From the NCBI RefSeq assembly GCF_004010195.1, contig NC_057728.1, positions 26,936,699 to 27,000,698 of the forward strand: a stretch of DNA of 64,000 bases, in the 5' to 3' direction. Source of the stretch: Chiloscyllium plagiosum (taxonomy: Eukaryota). Position 1 is the stretch's first letter. The number at the start of each line of letters is the position of its first letter. The notes beneath the pieces are model-generated. The model saw only the letters and a list, made by a program, of their open reading frames with translations. It made no database searches and was not told where the DNA came from. This document shows, one piece after another, positions 1 to 10,699 of this stretch. Both the position numbers and the translations under genes were made by a program.

Positions 1-195
1 GGTTCTTTACACAGAGTTGAGAGAGCATGGAATGTGTTGCCAGCAGCAGTTGTGGAGGCAGGGTCATTGGGGACATTTAAGAGACTCCTGGACATGCATA
101 TGGTCACAGAAATTTGAGGGTGCATACATGAGGATCAGTGGTCGGCAGAACATTGTGGGCTGAAGGGCCTGTTCTGTGCTGTACTGTTCTATGTT
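1..195 (+). mobile_element. CR1-clade LINE 3' end fragment
   Basis: Degenerate RT C-terminal-type sequence (ttctttacacagagt...tggaat...gcagttgtggaggca) followed by a typical 3' tail gggctgaagggcctgttctgtgctgtactgttctatgttct. Confidence 0.75.
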
Positions 196-199
196 CTCC

Positions 200-442
200 T
201 TTCTAAGGGACAACCATTTTATAAAGAGTGGTTCGTATGTGGAATGAACTGCTAGAGAAATTGGTGGGTGCAGGCACAGTTACAACATTTAAAAAACATT
301 TGGATAAGTACATGAATAGGAAAGATTTGGGGTGGTGTGGGCCAAATGCAAGCAGGAGGGATTAGTTTAGTTTGGGAACATGGTCAGCATGGATTGGTTG
401 GACCAAATGGTCTGTTTCCATGCTGTATGACTCGATGACTAT
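200..442 (+). mobile_element. HER1/CR1 LINE 3' end fragment
   Basis: Matches the 3' end of the long LINE at 16350-16610 (tggaatgaactgc...ggttggacc...ctgtttccatgctgtatgactc). Confidence 0.8.
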
Positions 443-1013
443 GGCTGATGAACACTTTCTGAAGAATAAATAATCTGCAAAACGCTATGGGATCATCAAC
501 TGTACAGACTAAAAAAGGAATTTCTGACTCAATTTTAAAGACAATGACAGTTTCATGACATACCAAAAATATTCACAGCAATTGTTATCATGAAGTGCAG
601 TTATGTTGTTTTGCATGGATATGCTAAAGATTATTATTTGAAAAAGGTTTTTCATGGTCTCACTCAGCCTAAACCCTGAAAGCCCCTTTGAAACCTCTTC
701 AACTCCCCTTACCTTTCTCTCCACCTTTTGAAATGTTCATTAAAATCTAACTTTTGATTGACTTTGCCTAGGTTACACACAAGATCCTTATCAGAATCTC
801 GTTAACTGTACTTAAAACAGGGTTAAATCAGCATAACCAAAGAAAGTACATTCACACACCGTACATGTCTTAGTTCACTGTGGAAAAGTTTCAACTCAGT
901 TAGCCATTCTTCAAGAATATTAGATACTGCATATTTTGGAACAGGCCAAGGAGAAACTTATTCTACAAAAGAAAGAAACAGCTAATGGATTACATAATTA
1001 AATAGATACATAC

Positions 1014-1195
1014 CCCATGCTTGTGTACAAAGTTGTCCATACGGGACCAAAAACCCAGTTAGGGGGGCACCAAGATGGTTTTTTGAGAGTTGCATACCAA
1101 CCAGCAATTTCTTTCCGTGTTATCCGAGAACCAAAAATTCCTCCCACGTTTGGCAATAAAGTGAAACCAAAAGCATGTACCCAAGTTGATGGCAT
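1014..1195 (-). CDS. TSPO: Translocator protein (peripheral benzodiazepine receptor), first coding exon; downstream exons lie left of the window
   Basis: Translation MPSTWVHAFGFTLLPNVGGIFGSRITRKEIAGWYATLKKPSWCPPNWVFGPVWTTLYTSMG carries the TspO/MBR signature WY..L.KPSW.PP.W.FGPVW..LY..MG. The 182-bp coding part ends in phase 2 at GG|GTATGT, as I recall for vertebrate TSPO exon 2. Acceptor tgtctcacttag lies at 1205-1206, so the exon starts at 1204 with 9 nt of 5' UTR. Confidence 0.96.
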
Positions 1196-2204
1196 GTTGT
1201 TAATCTAAGTGAGACAAACAGATGTTATGACTTTAAATGTTTTGTTTTCACGTCTTCAAATCTTGGACTAAATTCATGTTTTTCTTTGCAAATGTAGGTT
1301 TTGTGTTTACAGCTGATACTCTTGGCAGGTAAATCATAAAAGCAATATTAAAATGCTATATTAATTAATATTAATGTTTAATGAAAATTACTTTGTTCAT
1401 AGTGTGCATCTATGATCTCTATTCTTCAAAGAAGAATTTGATTGCTGATCTGTGTTTTTCCATATCTTTCCATTTAGCAACAGGAATTATTAAAATGAAG
1501 AATTTGAACTCAGTTATACTGAACACCTATCTAATAGAATCTTTCAGAGGGCTCAGAACTTCATGAATACATTTTGTAACCATGTTCCATTCTAACAATT
1601 CAACATTACATGCAACAATATAGCAAATTTCCTTCAAGTTGCAAAATGGACCAGCTGAAGGTCAGTTTCTACAGTAAACTGAATAGTTTGTTCAATTTTT
1701 TTTCCAGTTATGCTAATGTATCTTTGAATACATGACATATGTTCAATCAATGTTTCCAGTACTACAAATGTATTTGCAGGATGCAAAACCATTATTAGGG
1801 ATCTCTTGTTGTCTAGTGATATTGTCCCTATCTCTGAGCCAGTGGGGGCCAGTTCAAATCCCACCTGCTCCACAGGTTTATCATAACATCTTTGAATAGG
1901 TTGATTAGAAAATATCTCCAAGATGAGACCAAAGAGTCTGTTTCCTTGCTGTATGACTCTAACACCATTATTCAACAAAGGTGCATGAAGGAAAAAGAGC
2001 CCACAGAAATAATTTAATCACACATGTTAAAAAGGATTTGGTTTAAAGTGTGATCTCCAGTGACTTTATTAATAAACATATTAATAAAAGGTTAAAACTA
2101 ATAAACTCCATTTGCTTGAAATTGTGTGATGTGTAAAGGGAAAACACCAACTTGGATTTCTGATGTATTTAATTGACATCTCAAAAATGGAAGCTTAAGT
2201 TCGA

Positions 2205-2925
2205 GTCATTGAGTCATAGAGATGTACAGCATGGAAACATACCCTTCAGTCCAACTCGTCCACGCTAACCAAATATCCTAACCTAATCCAGTCCCATTTG
2301 CCAGCACTTGCCCCACATCCCTCTAAACCCTTCTTATTCATATACCCATCCATATGTCTTTTAAGTGCTGCAATTGTACCAGCCTCCACCACTTCCTCTG
2401 GCAGCTCGTTCCATGCACGCACCACCTCTACATGAAAAAGCTACACCTTAGGTCCCTTTTATATATTTCACCTCTCACCCTAAACCTATTCCCTCTGGTT
2501 CTGGACTCACCCACCCCATGAAAAAGACTTCGTCTATTTATCCTATCCGTGCCCCTATGATTTTATAAACCTCTGTAAAGGTCACTGCGAAGCCTCCAAC
2601 TCTCCAGGGAAAACAGCCCCAGACTAGAATTGCACACAATATTCCAAATGTGGTCTAACCAATGTACAGGTGCAACATGACCTCCTAACTCCTATACTTA
2701 ATGCTCTGACCAATAAAGGACAGCATACTAAACACCTTCTTCACTATCTTATCTACCCATGACTATACTTTCAAGGAACTATGAACCTGCACTCCAAGGT
2801 CTCTTTGTTCAACAAGAATCCCTAGGATCTTACCATTACATCATGCTCTGATTTGCTTTTCCAAAATGCAGCACCTCACATTTATCTAAATTAAACTGCA
2901 TCTGCCACTCCTTAGCCCACTGGCT
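2205..2925 (-). mobile_element. HER1/CR1 LINE 3' portion in TSPO intron
   Basis: Reverse complement of the RT C-terminus and 3' UTR seen at 15770-16610, with an internal deletion; starts with the gagtcatagagatgtacagc tail. Confidence 0.85.
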
Positions 2926-3184
2926 GAAGTCCTTATTGATCTTTCTCTTTGGCTAAGGGAAAATATGGGAAAACAAATTAGTTAGGTTTCTGGATAATCC
3001 AGGCTGAATTTGTATTCCTAATCTGAGGAGCACCACACCTGTCCAATATATTTCTAGTATCAGTTAGTCAGTCAAAGTCAGAATTGGATGGACTCTGAAG
3101 CTGCTGTTCAGGCTCAGGCAGGAGAATAGTTGAACAAATAAGGCCATGAAGATCAGACCAGAACCACTTCTGCAGGAGAGACAA

Positions 3185-3840
3185 TAACTTACATTTATAC
3201 AGCATCTATAATATAGAATAAAATGTCCCTAGTCCCTTCTTAGAAGTATAATCAAAATTACTGCCAAACCATAGGAAGATATATTAAGGGGTTTACTCAG
3301 GTTTTAATCAGGGACAGCTTTCAGAAAGTATTTTAAAAGGGAGAGAAATGCAGAGACAGAAGTGTTGAGGGAGGGAATTTGAATGTTTAGGGTTAGGTGG
3401 CGAGAGGAATGGCTGAAACAGTTTTGCAAAAAAAGGATGCAAACAAGGCCACCGAAGGGCTGAAGAAATTTGCAATGTGTTCAGGGATGAGGATGTGAGG
3501 AATTTATTTGCAAGGATGGACATGAAAGGGCCAGGAGCCAACAGCAAGAATTTGATGATGAGTGACAGGCCTTGCAATGGCTGGAATATGGACAGCAGGG
3601 TTTTCAATTTACTGAGGTTTACGTAGAATGGAACTGGGAGGCTGCATTGGAGAAACTGAATCTGGAGGTGACATAAGCATACAGGTACATTTTAATGTTA
3701 TGTAGATTGAAAAAGAGATGTGAAATGTGGTTGATGTAATGGAAGGAGTAAGTGGTGTATGTGATGGAGAGGTGGTGTTGTCAAAAGCTCAACTTGCTGA
3801 AATAGAACAACTAAAACAGTGGTTTGGGAGAGAGATGGAA
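3185..3840 (-). mobile_element. Old degenerate L2-like LINE remnant
   Basis: Purine-rich degenerate sequence resembling the antisense of an L2 3' region; a similar tract lies at about 50090-50350 and 50630-51300. Recognised by eye only. Confidence 0.4.
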
Positions 3841-5479
3841 TCTGACTTCTTAATTGCTTGTGTAAACCTCTGCTTCACAATTCAGTTTCTATAAAATATA
3901 AGCTAAATTTCTATTTTATTCAACACAAAGATACTGACTGATGCAGAGGAGTCGTGCTGATCACTGGTGCTCCAGCTGATACCCTTCTAAAGTGCACAGC
4001 AGTAAGTTTTTCCTTTTTCCTGTGAAGTTGGTTATTCAATTTTGAAGCTAAGATAACCATTTAGCTTCAGAGTTGTTGCCACTAATGACTATCTATTTTA
4101 GCTGGCTATTCTCTTCATCTGCTGTTAGATGGCCTGCTGACATTCATCATCCAGGTATGAATATGAATAATCTTCACATGGGAGGAACTGACCTTTGGTA
4201 AGGACAGAAGAGAAGAATATTGTTGAGCAAAGGAAATAGACACAGTCTTTACTTTTAGGGAAAAAGAAGCTGTATTTGTACAATACTACAACTGATACAT
4301 AGGTTTACTCGGAGTAGCATGTAAAGCAGTTTCTAAAGGCAGCATCTAAGCAACATGGGTTATGGCAAGATTTGTGGCAGAATCATGTGAAAAGTTTGGT
4401 GAGGCCAATCTTCACCTAAGGAGCATGTTGCATTACCTTTTATGCTTTTACTAAGTGGTGGGACAAGTTTTGCATCAAATATTCAGCTTCCTATTTTACC
4501 CAATGTGCTGAAAAAATTCAATATGGAAATCTGAGCGGGTACCAGGCGACTTCAGCTCACCACTGGCTGCAAGGGGCCTCCATGTTGCTCAGGAGCGAAC
4601 AGCCTCTCAGGGCATGATTCATGGGCTCCAGCCACATTCATCCCTCTTCTGACATTTGCCAACCCCTCACACTATCATTACGTTATACCATGTTCGACTT
4701 GTAGGGAGCTCTGGAAGCACAGATTTGCACTGTCATGTGTACCCTGATACACTGATCAAGCAACCAGTTCACACTTGGACCAGGCTGGTTTTCAGAGTGC
4801 TCACCTGCTCTCTGTGCTCAGTCAGCACCTATCTTCATGCCCACAACATCGAAGCCTCAGTTTGCCTTGTTGTGGAAATTAGAGTAGTCACAAGGTGGTC
4901 AGCAGTCCTCAGACAAGAAGGTGGACACATTGCTGTGTAGCAGTGTGATACGGCACTCTTACAAATACGCATGTACCTGTAGTTTATGTGGCAAACACAC
5001 TGCACATGCAGCAAGCAAGTAGCACCTCTCAAAGTCTTAGGGGAGCAGTTCTCAACAAAGTCCATGGAATCACCTGTCAGGCGATTGGCCAGTCTATTGG
5101 GGTGACATTGGTCAGGGGCCTTGTGCCTCTATGCAGTCTGAGAAGTGGGTCATGCTCAGTCCTGTGGCTCCTCAGCAGCCAAGCCAGGCGGTAAGGCTAA
5201 CATGGTGGGAGGAGGTGATGTACACTGATCAGTCAAGGGGACAGACAGATTAGTGAAAATGGCAGACACAAGTCAGATGAAATTTACTGCAGAGAAGTGT
5301 GAACATATTTCATCTCACAGAGGCAACATAAATAAATGGATATAATATTAAATATAAGTAAAATTTTGTAGATGCTGAAAATCCAAATAAATTATTTCTA
5401 ATAACAGAACAGGGTATAACTCTGGGAATTCATTAAAACAAAGGTGCAAGACCTTCATGGATCATTTATTAAAACTCTA

Positions 5480-5770
5480 TACCTAAGAACTTTTTAAATT
5501 AGCTTTCAAAACTTGGGACGGTGGTTCATTTCTGGGACTGCAATGCACACACTACAATAAGAGTTAGGATCGTTACCATTACCCAGGTGCCATAACTCAC
5601 ACTGCAATATTTCTGTGATTCTACACAGAAGTACTCCCATAAACTATTTGAAGTGACTACATTGCAGATGGCGTGGACTGGGCTTTTGTTATAACAAATG
5701 AACAAAAGGAGTTGCCACATACCAAATCTTGTGTTACACAAGGCTGGTGCAACCAGCTTGACCAATCACA
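5480..5770 (-). mobile_element. SacSINE1/AmnSINE-like (Deu-domain) SINE remnant
   Basis: Contains degenerate Deu-like segments (gaagtgactacattgcagatggc; aacaaaaggagttgccacat) similar to the copies at 21290 and 38840. Confidence 0.35.
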
Positions 5771-6097
5771 GGCTACACCAGACAGAAAGTTATGCAACTT
5801 CAAAAACAGCATAAATATCTAAAAGTTCCATTCATTAGACAGAGGGTTTTACATTGTTAGCCCCTGGGGGGGGGAACTAATTCTCAGCAGTTTAATTGTA
5901 TAAACTGACATAAAATATCAAGAAATAAAGAATAAGGCGTAATGAAGACAACACAGTAAATAAAGATCTAAATGTAAAATTCACCATCTTTTGCTCTTAC
6001 CGGAGACGTGAAGCACACTTTCTCTACACCTTCTCACTCCACAGCCTAGTGCTGTGACCTCGCTCCTAAACCTGCAACTCAAATTCTGGGCACTTAC

Positions 6098-6140
6098 CTC
6101 CACACTGTCCGCTTGCCTCGCCGCCTGTCAATCTCCAGAC
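6098..6140 (-). other. TSPO: Candidate TSPO non-coding first exon (5' boundary unknown)
   Basis: Strong minus-strand donor GAG|GTAAGT (GT at 6097-6096) at the edge of the CpG-rich promoter; an alternative donor CCG|GTAAGA lies at about 6000. Vertebrate TSPO has a non-coding exon 1. Confidence 0.55.
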
Positions 6141-6600
6141 TCCGCCCACCCACGGTCAAGCTCCAGACTCCGCCCACGGGCAGATAGCCCCGCCAGTACC
6201 ACACCGCCAACAGTCAAACACCAGACACCACCCAACGGCAGTTACGTTCCAGACTCCACCTACCGGCAGTCAGCCTCCAGTACCAAACCCACCAATCTAT
6301 TCACTAGATTCCGCCTTCCAGTTGTCAATCACCAGACTCCACCCACCTGCTGTCAATCTCCAGTCCAACCCCTCCAACTGACAATCACCAGACTCCGCCC
6401 TCCAAGGGGCCTTTTGCAGCCCCGTGCCATCACCAGACCCCGCCCACTCACTGTCAATCACCAGACTCCGCCAATCAGTTGTCAAGCATAACACGCAGCT
6501 ACCAATCCCCAGTCCCAGAGCTGGTTCCGCCCGCCCCCTCCGTTGATCTGAATGAAGTGGTTTCCAGAGTCCACTTCCTGTGGAAGTGTCAATAGAGAGA
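6100..6600. promoter_or_regulatory. CpG/GC-rich candidate bidirectional promoter for TSPO and MCAT
   Basis: Most CpG-rich non-transposon, non-coding stretch in the window. It has multiple CCGCCC GC boxes, CCAAT boxes (about 6292, 6471, 6502), an exact CTGTCAATCA at 6451-6460 and an inverted ETS pair CACTTCCTGTGGAAGTG at 6572-6588. Splice donors point outward on both sides. Confidence 0.7.
6125..6490. repeat. Degenerate ~28-bp tandem repeat, consensus about TGTCAATCACCAGACTCCGCCCAC (~12 units)
   Basis: Units start near 6126, 6154, 6212, 6241, 6269, 6323, 6351, 6379, 6425, 6452 and 6480. Confidence 0.8.
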
Positions 6601-6645
6601 GTTACTGTAAACACAGTCCTCGGTGAACAACCCAAACACATTCCT
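6580..6645 (+). other. MCAT: Candidate MCAT non-coding first exon (5' boundary unknown)
   Basis: Plus-strand donor CCT|GTAAGA at 6646, paired with a polypyrimidine acceptor cttcctcctcgtgtcccactccag ending at 9963, 17 nt before the MCAT ATG. Confidence 0.45.
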
Positions 6646-6890
6646 GTAAGAAAAGCAGAAAGTGAAAATAGTTGATGTCAATTTTTTTATGGATTCTATG
6701 GTATTAAAAATAATTGGTAGCGAATCAAAAGTGAGAGTCATAGCAACACATTGATCAACACTGAATGTCTATTTGTCAAAGCTCAGATACATAGGAGGAA
6801 GTGTTTACCTTATTGGGTCTATTCTGTCAGTTATAGAAAGACATAAAACAACAAGTTACAAAAAAATGCAAAAGCGATACTAATTATAAT

Positions 6891-7076
6891 GTAAACCGAA
6901 AGAACTGCAGATGTGTAGATCAGAAACAAAAATAGAAATTGCTGGAAAAGCTCTGAGTTCTCAAGAGGTCTCCTCAGTTCTGAGGAAGGGTTACTTCATC
7001 TGGAACGTTAACTCTGATTTCTCTCCACAAATGCTGCCAGGCTTGCTGATGTTTTCCAGCAATTTCTGTTTTATTG
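6891..7076. mobile_element. Penelope-derived palindromic non-autonomous element (family with gaaattgctggaaaagctc ends)
   Basis: Inverted arms gaaattgctggaaaa / ttttccagcaatttc; degenerate hammerhead core CTGAGGA...GGAACGTTAAC; flanking near-direct repeat ctaattataat / ctaattgtaat. Confidence 0.65.
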
Positions 7077-7250
7077 CTAATTGTAATAAGGCGGGTGCTC
7101 GACTTTAATTGTCCTAATCTAAACTGAGATACTAACAGTCTAAAAGCCTTGAGGGGAAGAAGAGCTTTTAGAAGTTAGAATTTATTGCCGTGTTATGTTT
7201 TATTGTCATGTATACTAAAGTACAGGGATACATGAGTACAATGAAGAGTG

Positions 7251-7471
7251 AGGAGAAAGTGAGGTCTGCAGATGCTGGAGATCAGAGCTGAAAATGTGTT
7301 GCTGGAACAGCGCAGCAGGTCAGGCAGCATCCAGGGAACAGAAGAATCGACGTTTCGGGCGTAAGCCCTTTTTCAGGCTTCCTGAAGAAGGGCTTATGCC
7401 CAAAACGTCGATTCCCCTGTTCCTTGGATGCTGCCTGACCTGCTGCGCTGTTCCAGCAACACATTTTCAGC
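7251..7471. mobile_element. Penelope-derived hairpin element with two mutated hammerhead cores and a 14-bp TSD
   Basis: About 90-bp inverted arms at 7286-7377 and 7381-7472; TSD tacaatgaagagtg at 7237-7250 and 7472-7485. Confidence 0.85.
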
Positions 7472-7524
7472 TACAATGAAGAGTGTACAAAGTCACCATT
7501 TCTGGCGACATCTTAATTGCAAAG

Positions 7525-7870
7525 ACACAGTGGCTCAGTGATTAGCACTATTGCCTCACAGAACCAGGGATGTAGATTCAATTCCAACGTTAGGTGAATG
7601 TCTGTGTGGAGTTTGCACATTCTAGCTGTGTCTGTGTAGGTTTCCTCCTGTTGCTCTGGTTTCCTCCCCCAGTCCAACGATGTACACATTAGGTGAATTG
7701 GCCATGCTAAATTGCCCATAGTATTCAGGGATATGCAGGTTAGATGCATTAGTCTGGGGTAAATGTAGAGTAGTAGGGGAATGGGTCTGGGTGGGTTACT
7801 CTTTAGAGGGTCAGTGTTGGCTTGTTGGGTCAGAGGGCCTGTTTCCTGTAGGGATTCTATGGTTCTATGG
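7525..7870 (+). mobile_element. HE1-type tRNA-derived SINE (V-SINE)
   Basis: Box A/B-like head (tggctcagtgattagc...agattcaattcc), V-domain gtctgtgtggagtttgcacattct...ggccatgctaaattgccc, and LINE-like tail. Confidence 0.85.
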
Positions 7871-7954
7871 GAACTATGGTGTCCAGATACAAAGTCTTTG
7901 GTATAAATGGGAAGAATAAAATTAAAAGTTCAGGATTACAGACCTTCTATAGCA

Positions 7955-8440
7955 GGGTCATAAAGATGTACAGCACAGAAACAGACCTTTCAATCAAACT
8001 CATCCATGCCAATCAGATATCCTAACCTAACCTAGTCCCATTTGCAAGCACTTGGCCCATATCCCTCCGAAGCCTTCCTCTTCACCTACCCAGCCAGGTG
8101 CCTTTTAAATGCTGTAATTGTACCAGCCTCCATCACTTCCTCTGGCAGCTCAGTCCATACACACACTATTCTCTGTGTGAAAAAAGTGCCCCTTTGGTCC
8201 CTTTTATATTTTCCCTCTCTCACCCTAAACCTATGCCCTCTAGTTCTGAACTTACCCACCTCAGGGAAAAGACCTTGTCTATTTACCCTATCCATGCACC
8301 TCATGATTTTATAAACATCTATAAGGTCACCCCTCTGCCTCTGACACTCCAGGGAAAACAGCCTCAGCCTATTAAGCCTGTCCCTATAACTCAAACCCTC
8401 CAACCTTGGCAACATCCTTGTAGTTTTTTTCTGAACCTTT
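7955..8440 (-). mobile_element. HER1/CR1 LINE 3' end
   Basis: ORF 8086-8478 contains the CR1 ORF2 C-terminus (RMLPRLEGLSYRDRLNRLRLFSLE...GDLIDVYKIM...FFTQRIV..W..LPEEV). Confidence 0.9.
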
Positions 8441-8512
8441 TTAAAAGAGAAAAATAATATAAAAGCAGACAAGTCCATGCTGGGTTCACTTGGAGGTCAG
8501 GAGTCCTGGAGT

Positions 8513-8696
8513 TGGGGGCAAAAAAACCTGCAGATGCTGGAATCTAAAGTTGACAGGCAGGAGGCTGTAAGAACACAGCAAGCCAGGCAGCATCAGGAGG
8601 TGAAGAAGTGGATGTTTCAGGTCCAAAACAATGACCTCTCCAACTCCTGATGCTGCCTGGCTTGCTGTGTTCTTACAGCCTCCTGCCTGTCAACTT
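8513..8696. mobile_element. Penelope-derived hairpin element with 53-bp perfect inverted arms
   Basis: Arms 8547-8599 and 8644-8696 are exact reverse complements; degenerate 14-bp TSD aggagtcctggagt (8499-8512) / aggcgttctggagt (8697-8710). Confidence 0.8.
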
Positions 8697-9980
8697 AGGC
8701 GTTCTGGAGTCAGCATTTTTCAGTAATTCAAGAAAAGGCTAGTGAGCCAAATGGATCGAGTGTCAGGGAACATTTTTGATGAACAAATAAAAAGATCAGT
8801 GATTATAGAGTCGTAAAGTTTAGATTAGCCAATGGGAAAGAATAGAAATATTAATTGACAAAGGGTCAACTTCAGTTGAGAATAAATCTGGTGTAGATAA
8901 ATTGGATTAAAAAAAGACAGACAAAACTGTACTGGAAAAATAATTTGTCTTTAACAAGCAGATATTTCAAGTACAGTTGAAGTACATTTCCACAAATGGG
9001 AAATGTAAGGGTTAATGATGATGGAGCAGATAACCACGAGACTGGACATATTAATCCCACAGTAGCAACTAGTAGTATTTAATATTCAATCAATTAATTC
9101 ATCATTAAAAATAACCATGAAATGATTGGATTATTAAAAACACCCATCAAATTCTGCAGGGTTGTCAGGGCAGGAAATGTGGACCCAGTCGGTCTCCAGA
9201 TTCACAGCAGTATGATTGACTCTTAATTGCTCTCTGAAATTGGTTAAGAAAACATTCTGTTGTATAACGCTGTTGTTTAAGGCCCATTCGAATAATGGGA
9301 ACAATGACAGGATGGTATCCGGGGTAGAAAGTTGGTTGATTGACACGAGGAAATGATGGTGAATGATTTCTTTTCTCGCTGGAACAAGTGGAGTTCCCCA
9401 GAGGTCAGGACCACGGTGCTTTTTTAAAAAAAAAAATCATATGAACGACCAAGACTCGAGTGTGCACTGGATAATTTCAAAATTGCAAGTAACCCAAAAC
9501 TTGGAAGTATTGTGAACTGTGAGGCAGGTAGCGATAAACCCAAAACAGAGGCGAGCAGGAGGGTGGAAAGAGTGAGCACCATGCATTTGGCTGATGCAGG
9601 AAATGTGCAGTGAATACAATTTGAGGACAGGCAATGTGAACTAGAAGGCAATGCCGAATAAACGGTGTCGAAATAATTCAGGCTGAAGCTGACTAGGGTT
9701 TTTAGCAGACTTAAAATTCAGCTGGATTTATTCAGTCAGCGGAGGTAATTTCCTCCAAAGGGTGTAGAGGAGCGGTGTGCAGGAACTGAGCTGTACTGAG
9801 CCTGGTTTCCCCTGTGATGAGCAGTGTGACACTGGTAGGAGAAGCATGTGCCTGGTTTGTCTCTGAGCAGATAGTGCTGTTGGTTACTGCCTGCCTGCAC
9901 TTGAGGGAGTTAGAGAACGCTTTGCAGGAAGGCTGTTCACTTCCTCCTCGTGTCCCACTCCAGGAGAAGGCGCATTTAAA

Positions 9981-10454
9981 ATGTTCCCTTCCTCTGTGGC
10001 CATGAGACTGGCTGCGTTTGGCTATAGACCGGGACACTGGCTGCAAACCCGGCTGTCAGACCTCACCCAGTGCAGGCAGCTGGCTACCTCCCGGCCCCAG
10101 AGTCCTCCAGGCCCTTCCGTGGACATCTCGGCAATGTTAGGGCCAGGGCCGGAGCCGGAGCCGGAGCCGAGTGAAGCTCGGCTGAAAGAGCTGAGCAGGA
10201 GGCAGCCCCGGCAGAGCTCACTGCTGCTGTTCCCCGGCCAGGGCACCCAATTTGTGGGAATGGGCGAAGGGCTCCAGAAATACCACAACGCCAGGCAAAT
10301 GTTCGCAGCAGCCCAGAAGATCCTGGGCTATGACCTGCTGTCTTTGTGTATGAATGGACCGGAGGGAGAGCTAAATAAAACTGTTCACTGCCAGCCAGCA
10401 GTTTTTGTCACGTCCTTAGCTGCAGTGGAAAGGCTGCATCTTGAAAACCCTGAA
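9981..10454 (+). CDS. MCAT: Mitochondrial malonyl-CoA:ACP transacylase, coding exon 1
   Basis: Arg/Ser/Leu-rich presequence-like N-terminus, then FabD motifs LLFPGQGTQFVGMG and CQPAVFVTSLAA. 474 bp, phase-0 donor GAA|GTAAGT. A second in-frame ATG lies at 10002. Confidence 0.95.
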
Positions 10455-10699
10455 GTAAGTACAACTTGGGTTAGCTACCCACGTTTCAAATCCCTCTCCT
10501 GTTTGACATAAGCTTTTTATAAATGTTTCAAGAAAACTCAAGGATCACAAACAAGTTGATTACACCTCCAGTCCATTTAAAATTTAAAGAAAAGTGCTAC
10601 ATTATATTTCTGTAGGCAGTGTGACATTTACAGGATGGTACTATGAACTGAAAACTGAACTGAACTGAACTGGCCATATAAATACTGGGACTATAAGAG

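Noticed and set aside
6125-6490. CRISPR-like repeat-spacer array
   Set aside because: Eukaryotic context, degenerate head-to-tail units without unique spacers, and no cas genes.
6054-6641. Pro/Thr/Ser-rich 145-aa ORF and antisense 114-aa ORF
   Set aside because: By-products of the GC-rich promoter tandem repeat; no homology recognised.
7282-7479. Mirror-image ORFs on both strands encoding almost the same peptide
   Set aside because: A direct consequence of the palindromic Penelope-derived hairpin, not a gene pair.
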